From the NCBI GenBank assembly GCA_028693695.1, contig JAQUUV010000001.1, positions 959-64,958 of the forward strand: a stretch of DNA of 64,000 nt, in the 5' to 3' direction. Shown here piece by piece: positions 39,047 through 46,300 of the stretch. Position 1 is the stretch's first letter, and the number at the start of each line of letters is the position of its first letter. The notes under the pieces are model-generated. The model did no database searches. It was not told where the DNA came from and saw only the letters and a program-made list of their open reading frames with translations. The translations under genes and the position numbers were made by a program. This DNA is from Syntrophomonas sp. Its GTDB lineage: Bacteria; Bacillota; Syntrophomonadia; Syntrophomonadales; Syntrophomonadaceae.

Positions 39047-40285
39047 ATGTATAATGACTCGGTTTTTGAAAACACACTTCAATATCATAATCCGTCACCG
39101 GCGCGAGTTCAGTTAGAAGTAAGAACAGGCCTCCCCGAAACCCATCGGCTGCATGTGTCGCCGTCTGCCTGCGGACGACGATTTGCGATAAGTGACCTTC
39201 GCCATGGAGTCAAGGAAAATCGTTCTCATTTGTTCATCAGCGAAGAAGATATTTTTTCTAGTTGCTATGAGGATTTGATACCCGATGCGGTTGAGGAAAT
39301 GCTTAATATTATGGAAAAGCAGCCGAGAGCCATCATTGTATATGTGACCTGTATCGATAATTTTCTGGGAACAGACCATAACGCGCTAGTCTCCTTGCTG
39401 GCTCAACGGTTCCCCGATATAAAATTCACCGTTTGCGCTATTAACCCCATTGCCCGGGATAAGGGGGCCCCGCCCAACGTAAATCTGCAGAATGTATACT
39501 ACGGGCTTTTAGACAGAACCGAAAATACAGAAGATGCTGTAAATCTTGTCGGGAATCACCTGCCGCTTGTAAAAGGATGCGAAATTTTCGAGATTCTGCA
39601 CGGGCTGGGAATGAAAGCGAAGGAAATTTGCAGCTGCAATACCTTTGACGAGTTTTTGTCCATGGCGAATAGCCGCTTAAATGTTGTCGTGGGACACGTG
39701 GCTCAGATGGCTGCCGAGCAGATGGAACAAAAGCTGGGTATTCCGTTTTTATCTGCACCGCGCTCCTATAAAATTGACGAAATAATACAGTTGTATAATG
39801 ATATGGCCTCTGCTTTGGGGCGCGGCAAACCCGATTTGAAAGGGTACATCGCCCGGTCAAGAGAGAAGATTGAAAAGACGTGCAAGTATCTTAACAATAT
39901 GCCGATCGTGGTCGATTCCTCCGGGAGACCTTTTTCTTTGGCAAAAGCGCTTTTGAATTACGGCTTCAATGTTAAAATGGTCTTTGGCGGGGTGGTTTTG
40001 ATCAGCGATATGCCAGACTATGAGTGGATAAAGAATAACCGGCCGGATATCACGATTGCCGACGCACGCCGATTTGATGTGATAAACGCCAATAATCAAT
40101 TGGGTGAATGCCTTTGTATCGGATTTTCAGGCGCCTATACGCTGGGAGCTAAACATATGGTGGATATGGATGGGGGAAATGCCTATGGATTTTACGCCAT
40201 TGAGGTCTTGATGGACAAGATGAACGAGGCCCGCGACTCAACAGTAGATTTCAATGCGCTTCTAAATGAAAGCGAGGTTTGGTAA
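39047..40285 (+). CDS. Nitrogenase component-1-like subunit (NifD/NifE-like, short form)
   Basis: 412 aa, 4 nt after the NifH-like stop, GGAGGTG RBS. Oxidored_nitro-like pattern (VSPSACGRR.., VYVTCIDNFLGTD). About 100 aa shorter than true NifD. Confidence 0.7.
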   Translation: MYNDSVFENTLQYHNPSPARVQLEVRTGLPETHRLHVSPSACGRRFAISDLRHGVKENRSHLFISEEDIFSSCYEDLIPDAVEEMLNIMEKQPRAIIVYVTCIDNFLGTDHNALVSLLAQRFPDIKFTVCAINPIARDKGAPPNVNLQNVYYGLLDRTENTEDAVNLVGNHLPLVKGCEIFEILHGLGMKAKEICSCNTFDEFLSMANSRLNVVVGHVAQMAAEQMEQKLGIPFLSAPRSYKIDEIIQLYNDMASALGRGKPDLKGYIARSREKIEKTCKYLNNMPIVVDSSGRPFSLAKALLNYGFNVKMVFGGVVLISDMPDYEWIKNNRPDITIADARRFDVINANNQLGECLCIGFSGAYTLGAKHMVDMDGGNAYGFYAIEVLMDKMNEARDSTVDFNALLNESEVW

Positions 40286-40288
40286 AAC

Positions 40289-41458
40289 ATGAGTCAGCTG
40301 TGTGTATATTTGCCCCCCTTTTCGAGCGACTATTCCGGCGTGTGCACCTGCCTTTTTGATCTGAACGGCATGGTGGTCATTCATGATGCATCCTGTTGCT
40401 GTGCCAACTACGTAAGTTATGACGAACCACGCTGGTTTGGCAACAAAAGGCCGATTTATTGTTCGGCGCTGCGGGAGATTGACGCTATTTTAGGAGACGA
40501 CGAGAAATTTATTCGCAAAGTTATTTCGGCATGTGACAGCATGAAGCCGGAGTTTATCGCGGTGCTGGGCAGCCCTGTGCCAACGATCATCGGCTCCGAT
40601 ATGAACGGAATCGCCCAGGAGATTGAGGGAAAAACGGGGGTGCCAACTTTTGGATTTAGCACTACCGGGTTTCGTTATTATAACCGTGGAGTGGCCGAGG
40701 CCATGGTTAAGTTTGCCAAATATTACGGAGGCAAAAGCAGTCAGCAAAATCCTGGCGGTGTCAATATCCTGGGGCTCACAGTGCTAGATTTTTCCGACAA
40801 CTCCAATGCCGCCGATATCCGAAATCTTTTTGAGGGAAACGGCTTTGAAGTGATTTGCAGCTTTATGATGGGCTGCAACCTAATGGATATACAAAGATCC
40901 ACGCAGGCTGAGGTGAATATTGTAGTGTCCCAGTCGGGAATGGCTTTGGCAGCTTTTATGGAGAAAGAATGGGGAATCCCCTATGTTGCGGCAACCCCTT
41001 TGGGCAATGAGGGCAGCGAAGCCGTTGTGCGCACTGTTCGGCAGGTCTGCGAGGACCACAAGAGCCGGGTTTTGCACGGTGAGGGTCTGCATGACGGCGA
41101 GGTTCTGATCCTGGGCGAGCAGATGATTGCTAACTCCTTGCGCAACTCCCTAGCGCAGAGCTACGGAATAAAGGGGGTTACGGTAGGGTGCCTATTCGGC
41201 ATGGATAAGGCATTGGCGCAGGATTTCGATATTGACATCAGGGACGAACGACATATTCGGGATTTGATTACAAGCGGAAAGTATAGCAAGCTGGTTGCCG
41301 ACCCTCTCATGAAAGTTATGCTTAAAGATAGGGATATTTCTTTCTTCCCCCTGCCCCATGTGGCGGTATCGAGTAAGCTATACTGGCACCGCTACAAGAC
41401 CTTTATCGGAGATAAGATGGAAGCTTTTCTCGCGCAAATTGCTGGAATCCCGATGTAA
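40289..41458 (+). CDS. Nitrogenase component-1-like subunit (NifK/NifN-like, short form)
   Basis: 389 aa, 3 nt after the preceding stop. VIHDASCCCANY.., AVLGSPVPTIIGSDMNG are typical of the component-1 family. Confidence 0.7.
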   Translation: MSQLCVYLPPFSSDYSGVCTCLFDLNGMVVIHDASCCCANYVSYDEPRWFGNKRPIYCSALREIDAILGDDEKFIRKVISACDSMKPEFIAVLGSPVPTIIGSDMNGIAQEIEGKTGVPTFGFSTTGFRYYNRGVAEAMVKFAKYYGGKSSQQNPGGVNILGLTVLDFSDNSNAADIRNLFEGNGFEVICSFMMGCNLMDIQRSTQAEVNIVVSQSGMALAAFMEKEWGIPYVAATPLGNEGSEAVVRTVRQVCEDHKSRVLHGEGLHDGEVLILGEQMIANSLRNSLAQSYGIKGVTVGCLFGMDKALAQDFDIDIRDERHIRDLITSGKYSKLVADPLMKVMLKDRDISFFPLPHVAVSSKLYWHRYKTFIGDKMEAFLAQIAGIPM

Positions 41459-41537
41459 TACAAACAATTGAACAGTAAGCGTTCAATAGCGGAACCTTTA
41501 CCTCAGGAAATACTTAAAGTAGTATTATCCTTATGAT

Positions 41538-41671
41538 CCTGAATGGGCAAATATATCTGCTATCAAGGCCAATAAAGTTCATCTTAATCCTGATGGAGCC
41601 TTTGCGTGGGACCGTTATGGAGTGGAGGAAGCCCTGTGAATTTAATGGGTTGCTAAATTATTAAATCCAGA
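41538..41671 (+). pseudogene. Fragment of a binding-protein gene (copy of 36003..36136)
   Basis: CCTGAATGGGCAAATATATCTGCTATCAAGGCC..GGGACCGTTATGGAGTGGAGGAAGCCCTGTGAATTTAATGGG aligns with the 3' part of the cassette-3 binding-protein gene but carries stops. Confidence 0.8.
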
Positions 41672-41710
41672 TGGCTAATAAGATTTGAACTTTATTATTA
41701 CTTCATAGAA

Positions 41711-41750
41711 ATACCGGGCAGTAAATAAACTGCCCGGTATTTTTGTTTTA
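41711..41750 (+). terminator. Rho-independent terminator
   Basis: ATACCGGGCAG-N8-CTGCCCGGTAT followed by TTTTGTTTT. Confidence 0.8.
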
Positions 41751-41764
41751 TGAGCCAATGTTAC

Positions 41765-44461
41765 TTAGATCTTTTCTATCCTGGCGGCTGATACTTTATA
41801 TTCAGGTATCTTGGCTACCGGGTCGAGACATTTGGCTTGGGTTAAGACATTGGCCGCAGCCTCAGCAAAATGGAAGAAGGTGAAAACAACACCATCTGGA
41901 ATCATCTCGGTAACACGAGCTTTAACCTCGATGTAACCTCGACGGGTAATGAGTTTAACCATTTCATTATCAACTATATCTAATCTAGCTGCCGTTTCGG
42001 GATTTACCTGAACTTCGTTGGACGGCCTGAATTCATTAAGAGCGCTGGATCTTCTGGTCATGGTACCAGTGTGATAATGGAACAGGCTACGACCGGTAGA
42101 CAGGATTAATGGGTATTCGGCATCAGGAAGTTCATACGCTTCCTTAAACTCAATCGCATGGAAAAGACCCAATCCTCGGTTAAATTTCTCCCCATGCAAT
42201 ATGGGTGTTCCGGGATGATCTGTATTAGGACAGGGCCAGTGAATACCGGTCTTATCAATACGTTGGTAGTTAATACCGGCATACGATGGTGTAACCGTTC
42301 GAATTTCTTCGAAAATCTCTTCTGGCGAACTGAAGTTCATAGGATATCCCAACCGGTTGGATAAGTCGCACAGAATCTGCCAATCAGGTCGTGCATCACC
42401 TTTGGGGGTAATGGCCTGGCGTACTCGCTGTACTCTTCTCTCTGTATTGCTAAAGGTACCATTCTTTTCCGCAAAGGTTACACCGGGGAACACTACATGG
42501 GCCTTCATGGCGGTTTCGGTTAGGAATATATCCTGTACGATCAAAAGCTCCAGATTATCCATGGCCTCGCCCACATGGCGGAGATCTGGATCACTGACCA
42601 TTGGATTTTCTCCAAAAACCATTAATCCCTTGATTTCGCCATGATGCGCCTTGTCAACTACGTCCGGAATGGTTAAGCCATTATTCGGAGACAGAGGAAC
42701 GCCCCAGAACTTTTCAAACTTCTCGCGCACCTCAGGGTTGGTAACCTGCTGATAAGCAGGATAAGTTACCGGCAGCGCTCCCATATCACATGCTCCCTGC
42801 ACGTTGTTCTGCCCGCGCAGGGGATTTACCCCGGTTCCTGGCTTGCCAAGGTTCCCGGTTAGCAGAGCTAGGTTACACATTGTTTTTACATTATCGGTCC
42901 CGGTACTGTGCTGGGTCAATCCCATAGCATAACATATGGACCCTCTCTCAGCGGTAGCATAAATACGAGCCGCTTTTCTAATGTCTTCCGCGTCTACCCC
43001 ACATATTTGGGCGACCAATCCCGGAGGATATTTTTCTACTACTTTGACTAATTCCTCGTAGTTTTCAGTTCTATTGGCAATAAAGTCTTGGTCCTCCAGA
43101 CCCTCAGTGATAATGACGTTCATCATGGCATTTACCAGTGCGACATCAGTTCCGGGCCTAAAGCGTAAATCTACATCCGCTATATTGCTCAATTCAATTC
43201 TTCTTGGATCAGCCACTATTAGTTTAGCACCATTAAAACGCACATTTTTTCTGATTTTATATCCTATTATAGGATGATTGTCAGTCGTATTAGTACCTAT
43301 TATGAAAATTGCCGTGGCATCCTTTTCCAATTCATTAATAGAATTGGTCATGGCACCACTACCAAATGCTGCCCCCAGACCGGCGACAGTTACAGAGTGT
43401 CAGAGACGGGCACAATGATCAACATTGTTAGTTCCTATCGCCGCCCGGAATAGTTTCTGGGCCAGGTAATTTTCCTCATTAGTCGCTCTAGCTGAGGAAA
43501 ATAGGGCTAATGAATTAGGTCCATCTTTTTCTTTAATGGCTTTAATCTTAGTAGCGGCATAATCCAGAGCCTCATCCCAGGAAGCAGGCCGTAATTCTCC
43601 ATTTTCGCGAATTAATGGGGTCGTGAGCCTCTCGGGAGATTCAATGAAATCCCAGCCAAAGCGTCCTTTTACACACAGCGCGCCTTTATTAACCGGGCTG
43701 AATTCTGAATCTCTTACTGAGGTTACTCCTACCACATGGTTGTCCTTAATATTTAATTCAAAGGTACAGCCGGTGCCACAGTAGGTACAAGTCGTTAATA
43801 CATTTTGGGTCTGATATGATTTGCCTTTGCCGGCTGATACTTTACTGGTCAAAGCTCCTACCGGGCAGACCATTACACATTGTCCGCAAAATACACAGCT
43901 TGAATCGGCCAGTTTGCCATCGAAAACGGTAGCTATCTTGGCATGATGTCCACGATGCTTAACATTTATCGCCTGGGCGCCGGTGATCTCATCACAAACC
44001 CGTACACACCTGGTACACATGATACATTTATCATAATCTCTCTTGAAAAACGGGTTGGGATCTTCCATGCCAAAATGCGGTCCCTGGCCTGCATAGCGCG
44101 AATCGGTAACACCGTAACGGTAGCAATAATCCTGTAGTTTGCAGATCCCGTCTTTTTCACAGGTATGGCACTCCAGTTTGTGGCGGGCCAGCAATAATTC
44201 CAGGATTATTTTTCTGGATTCAACTACATCCGGGCTTTCTGTTTCAATAACCATTCCATTTTCAGCCGGGCTTACACAGGCCGCCATCAGGTTAGGTCTC
44301 CCTTTGGCTTCCACTACACACATACGGCATGATCCGGCTAATTTTAAATCCGGATCATAGCACAGGGTGGGGACATCAGCGCCCGCCTGTTGGCAGGCAT
44401 CCAGAACCATTGTCCCTTTCGGCACCTGTATTTCTCGGCCGTTTACCGTTAGTTTTATCAT
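41765..44461 (-). CDS. fdhA: Formate dehydrogenase alpha subunit (NAD-linked FdhA/FdsA type), selenocysteine-containing
   Basis: ORFs 43400..44461 and 41765..43351 are one in-frame gene joined across the TGA at 43400..43402: ..[30 protein letters not shown], the classic Sec active-site context. N-terminal 2Fe-2S and 4Fe-4S Cys clusters, RGQNNVQG, and a C-terminal molybdopterin-dinucleotide-binding domain. Confidence 0.9.
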
Positions 44462-44492
44462 CGTTTTCCTCCTTTCCTAAGAATTATAAGAA

Positions 44493-45713
44493 TTAAACTA
44501 TTTTTCTAGCATATTCGTGAGCAAAATGTTTGATCGTCGATTGGATCGGGAAGGGAGCTGCCTGCCCCAAACCACATAAAGCCGCTTTTTGCATGACGCG
44601 GGTTAATAATAATAGGTTGTCTATATCCTTTTGACTGGCTTTGCCGGAGTTGATCTTCTCCATTATCTCTCTGCAACGGAAGGTTCCTTCCCGACAGGGG
44701 TTGCATTTACCACAAGATTCATGTTCAAAAAACTTGGATATTCTGGTTACAATATCAACGATGTCACGGGTCTCGTCCAATACTAAAACCGCACCTGATC
44801 CTAAAGCTGCACCGATGGCGCCCATTGAATCAAAGTCTATCTGGGTATCCAGATTCTGTTCGGGTATGAATGATCCCGAAGTTCCTCCTACCTGAACTGC
44901 CTTTAATTTTTTGCCGCCTTTTACTCCACCGCCCAGTTTATAAATTACATCCCGCAGTATATAATCAGTCGGCACCTCAAAGAAGGTAGTATTGACTGCA
45001 TCTCCAGTCAGGGTAACTATTTTGGTGCCCGGATATTTGGCTGCACCGATGCCGGCAAACCAATCCGAGCCATTGGTGAGAATATAAGGCAGACATGCAA
45101 AGGTTTCTACATTATTTACCACCGTGGGCACTCCCCAAAGTCCTGCAACTCCCGGAAAAGGTGGCTTAAATCTGGGTTCTCCCCGGTGCCCTTCGATAGA
45201 TTCGATAAGGGCGGTTTCTTCTCCGCATACATAAGCTCCCGCACCCATTCTGACTTCGATATTGAAATCTCCTAAGGCCCCTAATTCTTTGGCGCTCTGT
45301 ATGGCATTTTTAAGCAGTTTAACTGTGAATGGATATTCTCCCCTACAATAAATATAGCCCTGTTTGGAGCTTATGGCCGTTCCACAGATAGCCATACCTT
45401 CCAACAGAGCCTGGGCATTCTTCTCGCAGATGATCCGATCTTTATATGTGCCGGGCTCACCTTCATCCAAATTGCAGACTACATATTTGATCTCAGCATT
45501 CTTGGGTACAAAGCTCCACTTCATACCGGCATTAAAACCTGCTCCGCCACGACCTCTCAGCCCGGAGCTCTTCACTTCCTGAATCAAATCGTTAATTACC
45601 ATTTTTCGTGCTTTTTCTAAACCGGCATATCCGCCGACCTTGACATATTCATCCGCACTTTCCGGATTTATTTTATCGGCATATTCTAATAGGACTCGCA
45701 TTTCCTCAGCCAT
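44493..45713 (-). CDS. NuoF/HydB-like NAD(H)-binding FMN/[4Fe-4S] subunit
   Basis: GRGGAGFNAGMKW, GEPGTYKDR, ESCGKCNPCREG. Confidence 0.9.
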   Translation of the reverse strand: MAEEMRVLLEYADKINPESADEYVKVGGYAGLEKARKMVINDLIQEVKSSGLRGRGGAGFNAGMKWSFVPKNAEIKYVVCNLDEGEPGTYKDRIICEKNAQALLEGMAICGTAISSKQGYIYCRGEYPFTVKLLKNAIQSAKELGALGDFNIEVRMGAGAYVCGEETALIESIEGHRGEPRFKPPFPGVAGLWGVPTVVNNVETFACLPYILTNGSDWFAGIGAAKYPGTKIVTLTGDAVNTTFFEVPTDYILRDVIYKLGGGVKGGKKLKAVQVGGTSGSFIPEQNLDTQIDFDSMGAIGAALGSGAVLVLDETRDIVDIVTRISKFFEHESCGKCNPCREGTFRCREIMEKINSGKASQKDIDNLLLLTRVMQKAALCGLGQAAPFPIQSTIKHFAHEYARKIV

Positions 45714-45732
45714 CTAATCCCCTCCTTTCTAT

Positions 45733-46179
45733 TTATTTATAGGCAGCTAGAATCTGCGGTAAAATTTTTCTAGTTACGTTGAACACTGGTTCACTATTAA
45801 CCGTTATAACTGGAGTTGCCTGGCATTGTCCCACGCACTCGGTCAGTTCCAAAGTAAATTTGCCATCTGAAGTCGTTTCACCGACCTTAATGCCCAGTTG
45901 GCTCTCTAACGCTTTTAATAATTCATCAGCTCCGGCCACATGACAGGGAGCGCTTTCACACATACGGATAATATATTTGCCGCGCTTTTCAACGGACAAA
46001 TATGAATAAAAGGTCGCCACTCCATAAGCCTGTGCCTCGGAAATACCGAATACCTGCGCTGCTTCAACCAGTGCTTCGTGAGGAATATAATTGAATTCGT
46101 TCTGTAAGGCATGGAAGGCTTCAATGATGCCTCCCTTTTGGTCTTTGCAAGCGACAATGACATCCTTGTAATTTGCCAT
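45733..46179 (-). CDS. NuoE/HydC-like [2Fe-2S] subunit
   Basis: 148 aa. CESAPCHVAG..ECVGQCQATPV is the thioredoxin-like 2Fe-2S motif. Confidence 0.9.
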   Translation of the reverse strand: MANYKDVIVACKDQKGGIIEAFHALQNEFNYIPHEALVEAAQVFGISEAQAYGVATFYSYLSVEKRGKYIIRMCESAPCHVAGADELLKALESQLGIKVGETTSDGKFTLELTECVGQCQATPVITVNSEPVFNVTRKILPQILAAYK

Positions 46180-46201
46180 GCTATAACCTCCTTCCTATTA
46201 A

Positions 46202-46279
46202 GTGTGTCAAGGGGACGGTTCTCCTGACACCTCTTTAAGATCTTCGAAAGGTGTCAGGAGAACCGTCCCCTTGACACAC
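46202..46279. repeat. Perfect 30-bp inverted repeat with an 18-nt spacer
   Basis: GTGTGTCAAGGGGACGGTTCTCCTGACACC-N18-GGTGTCAGGAGAACCGTCCCCTTGACACAC, lying 21 nt beyond the premature end of the second fdhA. Confidence 0.9.
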
Positions 46280-46300
46280 CTTCCGATACTATATCTTGAA

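Noticed and set aside
38296-41458. A genuine nitrogenase (nifHDK) operon
   Set aside because: The D/K-like subunits are only 412 and 389 aa. There are no nifB/E/N/V/X, glnB-like or fdx genes nearby, and the neighbours are importer and SIR2-like genes. The trio is better described as a nitrogenase-like (group IV-type) system of unknown function.
22787-41764. A prophage or conjugative element as the origin of the 19-kb block
   Set aside because: The block has no capsid, tail, terminase, relaxase, T4SS or integrase genes. Its content is transporters and metabolic-type genes only.
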